DNA of 64,000 nucleotides from Patescibacteria group bacterium (GTDB lineage Bacteria; Patescibacteriota; Patescibacteriia; UBA1558; GWA2-36-10): NCBI GenBank assembly GCA_041665545.1, contig JBAYIQ010000001.1, positions 222,448 to 286,447 of the forward strand, read 5' to 3'. Shown piece by piece: positions 1 to 10,190 of this stretch (position 1 is its first letter; each line of letters starts with the position of its first letter). The notes under the pieces were generated by a model. It saw only the letters and a program-made list of their open reading frames with translations, ran no database searches and was not told where the DNA came from. The position numbers and the translations under genes were made by a program.

Positions 1-3000
1 TTTAAATTATTATACGCAGGAGCAACAAACCCTATAAAATCTCTGGACTCACCTGCCCGTGCAGTTTGCGAGTTAAAATCATTTCCAGGGGCTTGAGCTA
101 CGGGTATCCCAAATAAAAACGATGAGGCTATTGCGCTAAGTATAACCGGAACCCAAAATATCTCACCATTATCATCAGTATACTTCAGGGGGTTATTCAC
201 TACATAACTATAGCTATTCAGGTTCTGTGGATCAGATAAATGAACCCCTATATTACGATTATATTTTTCTTTAAATTCATCTGAATTATATAATATCAAG
301 TTAGCAGGATCAAGTGATATGAATCTGCCCAACTGATTATCATTATACCTCGCCCCATAATACTGCAGATTATTCTCTTCATCCGCCTCTTTGCCAGTGA
401 AAGTATAATCATCTTTTAAATCAATGAGCTTATTATCATAGTTAATACTACCAAATGGCTTGTAATCTGACAATTGGGCAGAAGTACCAGTACTATCAGT
501 CAGTATGGAGCTAGAATTTAAATGATCCGAGAGTAAATAATAAGGATTATCATTATTATTGACTGTGGCCAGTTTAATCTCATTGAGATAAACATGTGAC
601 TTAGTCTGAGAATTCAAATTCTTTTCAAAATATTTATCCACATATTCATCTTTAGCTATCACTTGCCATTCCCAGTGGCCCACGCCGTCTAGCTCTGCTC
701 CACCATCAAGCGAAACTCGAGACAAACTATCCCGACCACTATTCTTTATGCCATCTTGTTCAATTTCTGGATCTACATAGACATAATCTTCTGTCCATTT
801 GATAAACCTCTGGTTGTTGTGGTCATACTTGTAGTAAGTATTGTTGGCTGTTGCTATATCATGAGTGCTGGCCAGTCTATTTCTATAATCCCAAGTGAAT
901 TTGGTAATACCACCGTTTCTGGTCATATTACCAGCCGTATCATAGACAAAGTTTCTGGTGCCATAAGAACTCAACTGATGCGGCTGACCATTGGCGTAGT
1001 TTAAGGTGCCTAAGTCAGAGTTGGAAGTCATGTTGCCAATACTGTCATAAGTGAAGCTTTGGGTGTAGTTTTTGTCTGGATGATTGGTATAGCTGACTGT
1101 AGCAGACAGCAACCTATTTAAATCATCATAAATATAGCTAGCTGATTTTTGTAGGTCAGTGTTGGCGTTGTCAATCAGAGTCAGAATATTACCAACCGGA
1201 TCATAAGTATAATTCAAATCCTGCAAAGTTGAGGTAGCAGTGGCTGATAGTATCCTAGTCAAACGAAAAGCTTGGGCTGGATCATAAGTGTAGTCAGTAA
1301 CAACATTATTGGCTCTTTCAATATGAGTCATTTGGCCATTTTGATTGTACTGAATATTGGAAGCGACAATGCTGGCTCCTTGACCCTGATCTAAACTTAC
1401 TTCGTCCACCTGGCCCATGGCATTAAAACCATAAGTCACAACCTTGCCATCTGGATAGACTATTTCCTTCAAGTTGCCATTCAAATCATAATCATAATTC
1501 ATGACAAATTTTTCAGTGACAATAGTGGTGGTAGCTGTTTTTAATCTACCCAAAATATCATAGTCATAGGACTTGTAACTGTCACTGCCATAATCAGCAA
1601 AAGTTAGTTGTCCAATATCGCCATTTTGATCATAAATATAGTTAATTTTAGTAACACTTGATAATTTTTCTGTCAGTGGTCGATTCAAGTCATCATAAGC
1701 GTAAGATATGGCGTCATTCTTGAAAGATGTTTCGGTCAACACATTACCATTTTTGTCATAAGTGTATTGAATCTTAGCGGGATTAGTCACTGATGTTTTG
1801 TGCACCATATCTTGCCACTCTAGATTGTCTAGGGCATCATAGCTAAAGTTCCTGATGTTGCCAGCTGAGTCAGTAATTTTTTTTAGTTTGTTAGTTAAAG
1901 TATATTCATAATTGGTGCTATAAATATTAGAGTCCAAATACTCTTTAACTTGTATTAAGTTGCCGTAAGCATCTTTAGTCAGTTCTTTAAAATTACCATT
2001 GGCATCGGTGATCTTAGTAGTAAAGCCATTGTAATCATAGCTAGTAGTGCCTACTGGTGTAGTTTCAGCTAAAACTCTACCCAAGGCATCGTAGGTGTAT
2101 ATTTTAGCAAGATAATTGGGATCTAAAATAATATTATAATTATTATAATAGTTAGAAATTTCTTGAGCTGTTTTGATTCTAGTGGTAATACCTACTTCAT
2201 CTATACTGCCATCAAAAAAATAACCAGGATTATCAGAATAATTTGCGCCAATAAGCAAATCAGCTTCTGAGGCTAATAAATCATTAGCGCCAGTATATTG
2301 CATGGTAGCTAAATGTTCTACGCCGTCAACATAAAATTTTACTTCTGGCACGCTTAAATCAGCTGTGGCTGCTATATAATGCCAACTATTTAGACTTAAA
2401 TCCACAGTATAACTGCCTTGCGAAGTACCATATGGGCTGTTGTTGTCATTCCAGCCAAACTCTAATTGTTTGGCATTATTTACGTTGTTATAGCCAAAAT
2501 GATAAGAGTTACCGTAATCCCAACCTCCAGCTCCTCCCCACTTAGAAACTATGCCCCAGTACTGTCCACTAGCAGGCAAACTTTCTAGTTTTACCCAAGC
2601 CTCTACTGTAAAATCACCAAAACCATCTAAGGCATCATTATCTGGCACACTCAAATATTGACCAGAATCTCTTTCTAAATCATAAGCTCCGTCTGTAATT
2701 TGGTTAAAACCTGACACTGATGTAGGTGAAGCATTTTCAGATAAATCAAAGGCTACTGTGCCTTCAGCATTATCTTTTTTTTCGGCTGAATTAAGCTGAC
2801 CATTCATGTGCCACAAAGCTAGGGTATCATTGTCAACTGTCAATTCCTGATGAATTTCAGAGATTACCGGATCAAAATTGGGCAAGGTGTATTCAATAGT
2901 ATCACTAATATAGGGTAAGGATTCGCTGGCTACTCTACCTTGTGAATCATAACTAATATCTACTGTAGCAAATTCATTTTGATTGGCTAAGTTATTTTTC

Positions 3001-6000
3001 TTTTGAATCACTCTGTCTAAACCATCATAATACTCACGAGAAGTGGTGTAACTATTAATATCAAAGTAGTCTTTAGTTTCTTTGTAACGAAAACGTGGGG
3101 CATCATCGCTATCTTGGTAATATAATTTAACAGCTACAGCATCCAAAGACCACGTACCAGCCCCAACACCCGATACTCTAAACGCTGAATAATAAATAGA
3201 AAAATTGTCAAAATCAAAATCCGTGACTGTCGGCATTATACCCCATAGATTCCCCCTTCCACCTAAGACCTTATTATCCCAGCCCAAAGAATAATTTGGA
3301 AATTCCGCTTCTGACCATCTACCATTACTGGCTGAATAGTATGATAATATAGTCATTTGATTTTCAATTTCAGTTTCTCTGTGCCTGATAAATACTTCTA
3401 GGCCTGTTATTTTAACATTATCGGGTAGACTAAAATTGAAACCTTCATAACTTTGTGTCTTAGTTTGACCGCCCTCTACCCTGGCTGAGGCGTAACTACC
3501 ATCAATAGCGTAAGCATTGCTAGGATTAGAAAAATAATTATCATGTAGACCAGTTTGGGTAGGATAAACCCAACCAGTATCACCCATGCCAACTAAAGAT
3601 TCATCGTAGTAATTTATCTCCTGCTTGGTGACTAAAGCACTTGGGCTATTAGGATCAGAAATTTTAGTTTTTACTAATCTACCGAAATTATCATACTCTT
3701 TGATTGTCATTGCTCCATTGGGGGCAGTAGAGGTTGCTATTTGACCATTTAAAATGTTGTAGTCGGTATAAGTGACATTGTTTAATGGATCTGTACTGCT
3801 TACTGGATATAAGTTATTACTATCATAGGCAATGGTGGTAGTAGCATTTTTAGGAGATATTTCTTGAGTTACTAAACCTAAGCTATTAAAATTTCTTTTT
3901 ATTTCTACGCCCTGCTCTATATAGTCTTCTTTGGTTAAGTTTACTTTATCAACTTCGCCTAAAAGCAGATTATCATAGTAAAGATCTTGCTGCTTGCTAT
4001 TTGTAATATCACTAATTACTTTTGTCTTAGGAGCGGATAAAATATGCTTAGTTTCATTCACCGCATATTCATAATTTGTATCTTTTTCATCGCCTGTCAA
4101 AATACTAACAATTTCTCCAGTGGAACTATTTAAAATAACCTCGCCCAAGTCATGTTTGGTATTTAAATTACCATTAGTAAGATCGTAATCGTTTCTGATA
4201 GCCACTGCCTGTTCGCTAGTTCCACTTAAATCAATTTTGGTATCCTCATAATCATAAACGAACTTACGACCATTATTTAAATCATTCTCCTGCCAAGTCA
4301 CAAATTCTTTGCTCAATAAATTGTCCTGCGCATCAAGTTGATCTATTTGTTTTATTTTACCATGCAGATAAAAATCATCATCTTTGGCTGTATGATAATA
4401 ATTAATATTTTTTTGTAAATCAGAATTAGTAGTGGAATTATCAATAGAATATCTAACATCACCCGGGTTGTAATAATATTCAGGAGTTGTGTTGCCCCTG
4501 ACAATTTCAGCATCAATTCTAATGCGACCAGCACTGGCATTTCCACCCGATCCACCAGCTCCGATGCCACCTAATCCACCTAAAGCATGAACCAAATTTT
4601 CTCCAATATTGGCTTCTTTGAAAGCTTTTAAATATATTGATCCGCCCGAACCGCCACCACCACCGCCAGTGTAGTACCAGTTATTCATTCCACCTATCAC
4701 GCCAGCAATACCATCTTCTCCGTCAGCATTTACTTCACCATTAATATCAATGTTATAGGCAAAAAGTTGGATAATACCACCACCATCACCGCCATCTCCA
4801 CCAGGAGTATAATAAGCACCATCGCCACTACCTCCGCCAGAGCCCATAAAAATCGGATCTAAATTGGGAAAGCCATAAGAAATACCAGCATCGCCACCAT
4901 CATCTCCGCCACCAGGAACACCAATGGTAGCATGACCAGCACCGCCACCGCCGGATTTAATAAAGTCACCAGTGTGTATTACCCCGCCACCAAAGCCAGT
5001 GCCTGTACCATTATTTGAACCGTCAGCAATGCCTAGGCCACCCAGATATCCTTTGCCTTTGGCATACAAAACACCATCAATAAGCGCATCTCCTTGCACC
5101 TTTATAATTACATCTGGTTCAACAGTAATAGTATGCCCGGCTAAAATATGCAGACTGCTAAAATTTTTATCAGTGGCCCAAGTATCATTGCCACTAGAAA
5201 CAAAATCACCGTCAATGCCAGTGCCTAAATCTATGTCTGGTCTAGCGTCACCCAAATGTTTTTCTACTTTGGCAAAACCATAAATGTCTTTTAAATTACT
5301 GTCTGGGTAACTGACAGTATTACCCTCACTATAATGGTATTGTTGACCTTGCCATTTATCCAAACCAGTGTCCAAAACCACTTCTTTTACCACCTGCATA
5401 TTAAAAGGCAGGTCTGGATTTTTTAAATTCCCGCCCTCATCTTTTTCATTAGCTGAATAATCATAATAAACCTGCAATTTAGCGCCTGATTGCTGATTAA
5501 TTTTCTCCAAAATATCAAGTTTTTCGCCTTGACCAATATAAATCTCTGAATAACTTAATCCTTCTGCTTCATAAGAATGCACTACATCTTGCACCTGATC
5601 TCCGTTAATATCGGCAATGGCTACTGGCAAACTATTCATAAAGTAATCACTATCTTCAAATGTGCCAGTATTAAAAATGACTTTACCCAGCAATGCCAGT
5701 TCGCCAGAAGAGCGCGGGTTATTGGGACCGTTCCATTTACTTCTAATGTATAACCCCGCATCAGAAGCTCCATCTTGATCAATGTCACTCAAATATCTAA
5801 CTTTCTGCAAAGCCGTAGAAATATAACTAAAATCATTCATAACAATGGGCGCGGAACCACCAACCAGCTCTACTAAAGCACTGCCATTGTTTAAATAAAC
5901 TGCTCCCCCATTATAACCCTCGCCAATACCACAATCATAACTATAAAAAATATCTGGTAAGTTATCACTATTTAAATCACTAAAGCCAAAAGGACTGCCA

Positions 6001-7802
6001 CCATTTTCAAAACAAGCTGGTGCAACATATGCTGTGATATTTATATTGTAATCACCATCTAAATTCCAACCCCCACTACCTGGATCTCTCATATATACCC
6101 GCACCTGTGTGCCTAAATGATCATGAATGAGATCATCATAGCCGTCATTGTTCATATCTTGAAAAATCACCGCATCCATCGGGCTGGGTGAAGATGATTG
6201 ATATAAAGAAACTGGCAAACCACCGCTTTGCTGACTCCAACCACTACCTGTATTAATATAATAATTATCGCTATCAGCTGTAGCCACCATATCTATCATG
6301 TGATCACCATTTAATTCCGCAAAGGCCACTGGTATGGAATAACTTATCAGGGTGCCCCGGCAAGTACCAGAAAAAGGAATACTAGTAGAATAAGCTGACG
6401 ATCGCCAGCCACCATTACCGTTATTTTCTGAAACATTAACATTGACAGTGTGTGACAGGTGATCGCAATACATATTAATATAGTCAGTATAACTATCATT
6501 ATTAAGATCAATAAACATGTCCCGCTTGGTATCAGCTAAAGCCACGTCTGACCCCAAAATAGCTGGAGCAGTATAATTTACGTCTAGTTGGTAACTTGTG
6601 CCTTGCTCACTATAATTAAAATCTACTTTATCTTTTATATCTTCTTGTCCGCCTTGGTAATATTTAGGAACAATGTTTTTCAATAAATAGCGATTGCCCT
6701 TGGTATTCAAACTAAAATCTAAAACATAGGAACTTGCTAAATTCCCATCAATTTTAACATCAATATTATCTAATAAATATTTGCTTTGCACCGCAAAACC
6801 AGTTTGGTAAGAAACAGGTGAAACATTATTGGCTATTGGCACGCCAGTGGCAAAAGGTTCAAAATTAACAGTAAAGATACCATCAGTTTCCCCGTGACCA
6901 GTGTAGTTTATTTTTTTCGGATAAATTTGACCTGAATCCTTGTAATATTCATATCGGATAAAATTATCATTAGTATCCCTCACTTCTTCCAACAACCATT
7001 TATAAATTCGACTAGAATTATTAGGGTCATCCTGCCGAGCGGTGGAATTAGCGCCGTAAGTATATTGTGTTCCTAATTTATCAGTAACTACCCATTTATT
7101 GCTACTGTCAAACTCTATTTTAGAAAAATCACTTTCTATAAGTTTGCCATAAATACCATAACCATTAGTATCAACGCTTACTGGTGTTAATTGGCTACCG
7201 TCCAAAACAAAATAATGCTCATCATAAATATTATTGACACCAGTACGATTTTCTCGACTGATGCTAGGCAATATTAGCTCCCAACCAAAACCCACAAAAG
7301 ATCCATGATCAGTTCGACGCTGATTATATTGCAATGATATATTGGGCTGTAAACCATTTCTGCCTGCTGGAATTTGAATAGGATAATTGTAGTTAAATGC
7401 GCCGGTAAATTCATCAACCTGGTATTCGCCTGTTTTATCCTTAGGTTGATTGCCAGCATTATCACGGTTGGCATACATGTCAGCTAAAATACCATTACCT
7501 TCCGTTTTTAAATTTTCCTCTTCTACGAGAGGCTTATCTATCTGTTGTTCATCGACTGGCAACAATTCAGGTACTAGTTCCGGCTTAACTTCCACCACAG
7601 GCGGATCAAGAGGAATTGGTTCCAAAACTGGACGATTTACCTCTTTTACTTTTTCATCTATTGGCAGTTGCATAGTTTCTGTGCTCGTATCAGAAATAAG
7701 CTCCTGCGCCGACACATACGGCGCTGGTAAAATATTTACCAGCAAAGTAATTAGCGTAAAAACGATTTTTATTTTTGTTTCAAGTCTTTTGCTTGATAAC
7801 AT
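1..7802 (-). CDS. Giant secreted RHS/YD-repeat polymorphic toxin, 3'-truncated by the window edge. In-window order is signal peptide, Gly-rich region, LamG/ConA-like lectin domain, about 25 YD repeats and the RHS core; the C-terminal toxin tip extends past position 1
   Basis: I translated the minus strand by hand from the ATG at 7802. N-terminus is MLSSKRLETKIKIVFTLITLLVNILPAPYVSAQE, a signal peptide. No minus-strand ORF with an in-window stop is listed between 1 and 7802, which fits one uninterrupted frame running off the window. Repeated YD motifs are read (SYDYDILGRL, TYDALGRVLAETTPVGTTSYDYNGF, FSYDALDNL, YTYDPVGNILTLID, FTYDSIGNM). The RHS core hallmark QYYGARYNDNQLGRFISLDP is at about 300-370, followed by PQNLNSYSYVVNNPLKYTDDNGEIF at about 160-240. 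A LamG-like block (DALDGFGDFTVEAWVKLE...FDGSIDEVGI) is at about 2100-2650 and a Gly-rich block at about 4500-4990. Confidence 0.8.
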   Translation of the reverse strand, partial: MLSSKRLETKIKIVFTLITLLVNILPAPYVSAQELISDTSTETMQLPIDEKVKEVNRPVLEPIPLDPPVVEVKPELVPELLPVDEQQIDKPLVEEENLKTEGNGILADMYANRDNAGNQPKDKTGEYQVDEFTGAFNYNYPIQIPAGRNGLQPNISLQYNQRRTDHGSFVGFGWELILPSISRENRTGVNNIYDEHYFVLDGSQLTPVSVDTNGYGIYGKLIESDFSKIEFDSSNKWVVTDKLGTQYTYGANSTARQDDPNNSSRIYKWLLEEVRDTNDNFIRYEYYKDSGQIYPKKINYTGHGETDGIFTVNFEPFATGVPIANNVSPVSYQTGFAVQSKYLLDNIDVKIDGNLASSYVLDFSLNTKGNRYLLKNIVPKYYQGGQEDIKDKVDFNYSEQGTSYQLDVNYTAPAILGSDVALADTKRDMFIDLNNDSYTDYINMYCDHLSHTVNVNVSENNGNGGWRSSAYSTSIPFSGTCRGTLISYSIPVAFAELNGDHMIDMVATADSDNYYINTGSGWSQQSGGLPVSLYQSSSPSPMDAVIFQDMNNDGYDDLIHDHLGTQVRVYMRDPGSGGWNLDGDYNINITAYVAPACFENGGSPFGFSDLNSDNLPDIFYSYDCGIGEGYNGGAVYLNNGSALVELVGGSAPIVMNDFSYISTALQKVRYLSDIDQDGASDAGLYIRSKWNGPNNPRSSGELALLGKVIFNTGTFEDSDYFMNSLPVAIADINGDQVQDVVHSYEAEGLSYSEIYIGQGEKLDILEKINQQSGAKLQVYYDYSANEKDEGGNLKNPDLPFNMQVVKEVVLDTGLDKWQGQQYHYSEGNTVSYPDSNLKDIYGFAKVEKHLGDARPDIDLGTGIDGDFVSSGNDTWATDKNFSSLHILAGHTITVEPDVIIKVQGDALIDGVLYAKGKGYLGGLGIADGSNNGTGTGFGGGVIHTGDFIKSGGGGAGHATIGVPGGGDDGGDAGISYGFPNLDPIFMGSGGGSGDGAYYTPGGDGGDGGGIIQLFAYNIDINGEVNADGEDGIAGVIGGMNNWYYTGGGGGGSGGSIYLKAFKEANIGENLVHALGGLGGIGAGGSGGNASAGRIRIDAEIVRGNTTPEYYYNPGDVRYSIDNSTTNSDLQKNINYYHTAKDDDFYLHGKIKQIDQLDAQDNLLSKEFVTWQENDLNNGRKFVYDYEDTKIDLSGTSEQAVAIRNDYDLTNGNLNTKHDLGEVILNSSTGEIVSILTGDEKDTNYEYAVNETKHILSAPKTKVISDITNSKQQDLYYDNLLLGEVDKVNLTKEDYIEQGVEIKRNFNSLGLVTQEISPKNATTTIAYDSNNLYPVSSTDPLNNVTYTDYNILNGQIATSTAPNGAMTIKEYDNFGRLVKTKISDPNSPSALVTKQEINYYDESLVGMGDTGWVYPTQTGLHDNYFSNPSNAYAIDGSYASARVEGGQTKTQSYEGFNFSLPDNVKITGLEVFIRHRETEIENQMTILSYYSASNGRWSEAEFPNYSLGWDNKVLGGRGNLWGIMPTVTDFDFDNFSIYYSAFRVSGVGAGTWSLDAVAVKLYYQDSDDAPRFRYKETKDYFDINSYTTSREYYDGLDRVIQKKNNLANQNEFATVDISYDSQGRVASESLPYISDTIEYTLPNFDPVISEIHQELTVDNDTLALWHMNGQLNSAEKKDNAEGTVAFDLSENASPTSVSGFNQITDGAYDLERDSGQYLSVPDNDALDGFGDFTVEAWVKLESLPASGQYWGIVSKWGGAGGWDYGNSYHFGYNNVNNAKQLEFGWNDNNSPYGTSQGSYTVDLSLNSWHYIAATADLSVPEVKFYVDGVEHLATMQYTGANDLLASEADLLIGANYSDNPGYFFDGSIDEVGITTRIKTAQEISNYYNNYNIILDPNYLAKIYTYDALGRVLAETTPVGTTSYDYNGFTTKITDANGNFKELTKDAYGNLIQVKEYLDSNIYSTNYEYTLTNKLKKITDSAGNIRNFSYDALDNLEWQDMVHKTSVTNPAKIQYTYDKNGNVLTETSFKNDAISYAYDDLNRPLTEKLSSVTKINYIYDQNGDIGQLTFADYGSDSYKSYDYDILGRLKTATTTIVTEKFVMNYDYDLNGNLKEIVYPDGKVVTYGFNAMGQVDEVSLDQGQGASIVASNIQYNQNGQMTHIERANNVVTDYTYDPAQAFRLTRILSATATSTLQDLNYTYDPVGNILTLIDNANTDLQKSASYIYDDLNRLLSATVSYTNHPDKNYTQSFTYDSIGNMTSNSDLGTLNYANGQPHQLSSYGTRNFVYDTAGNMTRNGGITKFTWDYRNRLASTHDIATANNTYYKYDHNNQRFIKWTEDYVYVDPEIEQDGIKNSGRDSLSRVSLDGGAELDGVGHWEWQVIAKDEYVDKYFEKNLNSQTKSHVYLNEIKLATVNNNDNPYYLLSDHLNSSSILTDSTGTSAQLSDYKPFGSINYDNKLIDLKDDYTFTGKEADEENNLQYYGARYNDNQLGRFISLDPANLILYNSDEFKEKYNRNIGVHLSDPQNLNSYSYVVNNPLKYTDDNGEIFWVPVILSAIASSFLFGIPVAQAPGNDFNSQTARAGESRDFIGFVAPAYNNL

Positions 7803-7832
7803 AAGTTTATTATTAATTATTTAAAATATATA

Positions 7833-8534
7833 TTAATCAATAAATTTAAAACTATCTACCATGGCTTGGTCAAAAGTAATAGCGCCCTCTTTATCCCCCA
7901 AAAATCTATAATCCATCCCTAGCTCCACAAACATTATTTTATTTTTTTCTGGATAATACTTCATAACCGTTGAACTATTAATAAAACATCGCGATTCATC
8001 CCAATTCTTTCCATCGGAATGCACGACTATATCATAAACACCAACCTGAGCACTCTCTTTCTTTTCGTTGATTTGACACTGATCACCAGCACCACCATAA
8101 AATTCTTCGACAAGCCCATTTAAATCTTGACTATTAAAAATATTATTCTTGATTATGATCTTTAACGCAACATAATCTTGTGTTAAATCATTATTTCTTT
8201 TGATGCACTCCTTATTATCAATATCATAACTGTACGCTTGACCTACATAAATGACATTATCTTTGGCCAAAATTTTTGTTTCGACTGGAGCATATAAAGT
8301 GCGATAATTGCCGTCTATGAATTTACAAGCTCCATCTTGTATAAAAATTCTGTCTGGATATTTGAATTCCACACCAAATTCTTCATTGCGATAAGTTTGC
8401 CAATCTGGTTCAACTATATTTTGATTGTTAGAATAATTAGTATTTTTATTATTTTTTTGCAATACAACAATTACCAACATTAATAAAATTATGATTATGC
8501 TTAATAAAATTACTTTTTTATTGACTAAGTTCAT
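7833..8534 (-). CDS. Hypothetical membrane-anchored protein with an N-terminal TM helix; candidate immunity protein for the upstream CHAP toxin
   Basis: 233 aa ORF with N-terminal hydrophobic segment LLSIIIILLMLVIVVL. It lies 11 nt downstream of the mini-RHS-CHAP gene and 30 nt upstream of the giant rhs gene, all co-directional. No recognisable enzymatic motifs. Confidence 0.5.
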   Translation of the reverse strand: MNLVNKKVILLSIIIILLMLVIVVLQKNNKNTNYSNNQNIVEPDWQTYRNEEFGVEFKYPDRIFIQDGACKFIDGNYRTLYAPVETKILAKDNVIYVGQAYSYDIDNKECIKRNNDLTQDYVALKIIIKNNIFNSQDLNGLVEEFYGGAGDQCQINEKKESAQVGVYDIVVHSDGKNWDESRCFINSSTVMKYYPEKNKIMFVELGMDYRFLGDKEGAITFDQAMVDSFKFID

Positions 8535-8545
8535 GATTTATATAA

Positions 8546-9736
8546 TTAAAATATTTTTCTAAAAAATTGCCTAGTGTCTTGCCACATTCTTTGGAAAAAA
8601 GATAACGATTGCGCTCTAGCTGACGGACCAATAGCCGAAACCTGGTTATTGGTGGCTGAAGTATTTTTATTTACCGGACTAAGCCAACCAGCCATAGGTA
8701 CATTCTTCTGTCTAATAACACTATAACCTTCCTCAGTTTTGTCAATATCATACCTAGATAAGGCTTTATTACTGGCATTTTGATCCATAATTTCTACATA
8801 ACCTTTGTTGGTCTGATTATCAAAATTAGCCTCGCTTACCACCATAACGTGGCCATATGGACCACTGGTCCAAAACAATAAATCTCCAGTTTGGGGTAAT
8901 AAAAATTCTTGACCATTATTGTGTTGAACTACGGTATAAATTGATCCAGCTTCTGCTAAATTTTTATTAATAGTGTCTACTATATTCCACATATTTTTAG
9001 CAGTGCCCACTGAACCAACATCATTTATGCCATAAACCTCTGACCAATAACGCTTGGCATACTCTACGCAACTACGAGCTTCGCGAGCGCTACCAATACC
9101 ATTGTAGTAAGCAGTCACACCATTGAACTGCCCCATTTCATCGCCAATCTGCCAGCCATTTTCCGGCATAGGATTGACAGTGGCTGTGGATAAGCCAAAA
9201 AAATCGATAAAGCTGATTGGATTATTGTAGGCGTAGCTGTAGCTGTTCAGGCCTTGGGGATTAGCCAAAACACTGCTCAAGTCACTCAACAATAAGGGAT
9301 CAATACTAGAAAATCTACCCAACAGCGGATCATAGTAGCGCTGGCCAAAATACTGCCAATCAGTTTCTTGATCATTCTCTTTGCCAATAAACTGACGTTG
9401 ATTATCGGCACCCCCAATTCGACACTGCAAAAGCCCAAATGATTGATAATCATTTTGTTCTTTTATATTGCCGTTTTGATCAAGCACCGCTGTTACCGAA
9501 CCCAAGTGATCGTACAGAAAATAATCTAGGGCCTGATTATTCATTTCAGCAATTTGCTGGCCGCCCAAAAATATTTTTACTTTGGTCTGGCCATTTTGAT
9601 CTACTTGAAAATATTGATCAATGTATTTTTCTTGATCAAGCACAATTTTTTGCACTGCCGCAAGGCTTGAATTTACTATTATCAAAGAACCGACTATTAG
9701 CATTACACCAACCCCAAAATTGCTTTTCTTTTTCAT
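8546..9736 (-). CDS. Stand-alone mini-RHS protein: signal peptide, one YD-repeat unit, RHS core C-terminal motif and a C-terminal CHAP-family cysteine peptidase/amidase domain
   Basis: 396 aa. N-terminus MKKKSNFGVGVMLIVGSLIIVNSSLAA is a signal peptide. YDHLGSVTAVLDQNGNIKEQNDYQSFG aligns with the giant protein's core segment. RHS core hallmark QYFGQRYYDPLLGRFSSIDP is followed by NPQGLNSYSYAYNNPISFIDFFGL, a DPxGL-like cleavage region. The C-terminal roughly 200 aa carry a CHAP-like Cys...His arrangement (ARSCVEYAKRYW ... GDLLFWTSGPYGHVMVVSEA). Confidence 0.75.
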   Translation of the reverse strand: MKKKSNFGVGVMLIVGSLIIVNSSLAAVQKIVLDQEKYIDQYFQVDQNGQTKVKIFLGGQQIAEMNNQALDYFLYDHLGSVTAVLDQNGNIKEQNDYQSFGLLQCRIGGADNQRQFIGKENDQETDWQYFGQRYYDPLLGRFSSIDPLLLSDLSSVLANPQGLNSYSYAYNNPISFIDFFGLSTATVNPMPENGWQIGDEMGQFNGVTAYYNGIGSAREARSCVEYAKRYWSEVYGINDVGSVGTAKNMWNIVDTINKNLAEAGSIYTVVQHNNGQEFLLPQTGDLLFWTSGPYGHVMVVSEANFDNQTNKGYVEIMDQNASNKALSRYDIDKTEEGYSVIRQKNVPMAGWLSPVNKNTSATNNQVSAIGPSARAQSLSFFQRMWQDTRQFFRKIF

Positions 9737-9776
9737 TTTGCCTAAAGTTCATAATTAAATGAACCTGTTTTTTATA

Positions 9777-10184
9777 TCATAAATTTAATATAACTTTTTT
9801 TATCTCTATTGGCTTCAAATCAATCTCTATCAAATTTTTCAACTCAATCCATTCTATTTTATAGGTACCAGTATAATGAAATCCCCTTTGCCATTCTGGA
9901 CCAGTGCCACTGCCCAAAGTGCCACTAATAATTTCACAGTTAAAAAAATACTCCCTTTGACCAAATGTTTCTGGTTTCTGAGAAAGCATTTCATGTAATA
10001 ACTCTTTGACCTTTACTTGGACGCCTAATTCTTCCTGGCATTCTCTAAGCAAGGCAAATTCATTAACTTCACCATTTTCTACTTGGCCACCCGGCAAAAC
10101 CCAATAAACAAGACCTTCCTTTTTTCTTTTTATCAAAAGGATCTTTTGGTCTTGTATTATTATGGCTCGGACGCGAGTGGGCAT
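9777..10184 (-). CDS. NUDIX hydrolase
   Basis: 135 aa with Nudix box GGQVENGEVNEFALLRECQEELGV. Confidence 0.8.
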   Translation of the reverse strand: MPTRVRAIIIQDQKILLIKRKKEGLVYWVLPGGQVENGEVNEFALLRECQEELGVQVKVKELLHEMLSQKPETFGQREYFFNCEIISGTLGSGTGPEWQRGFHYTGTYKIEWIELKNLIEIDLKPIEIKKVILNL

Positions 10185-10190
10185 ATATAA

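Noticed and set aside
4972-5283. Plus-strand 103 aa Pro-rich ORF (and 756-1004, 4352-4570, 7274-7474, 7450-7824) inside the first 7.8 kb
   Set aside because: These lie within, and in other frames or on the other strand of, the continuous giant minus-strand RHS reading frame. The Pro-rich translation is the mirror of the Gly-rich (GGN codon) coding segment. They are spurious.
9439-9762. 107 aa plus-strand ORF overlapping the mini-RHS gene
   Set aside because: Antisense to a well-supported coding region with clear RHS and CHAP motifs. No RBS and no conserved motif.
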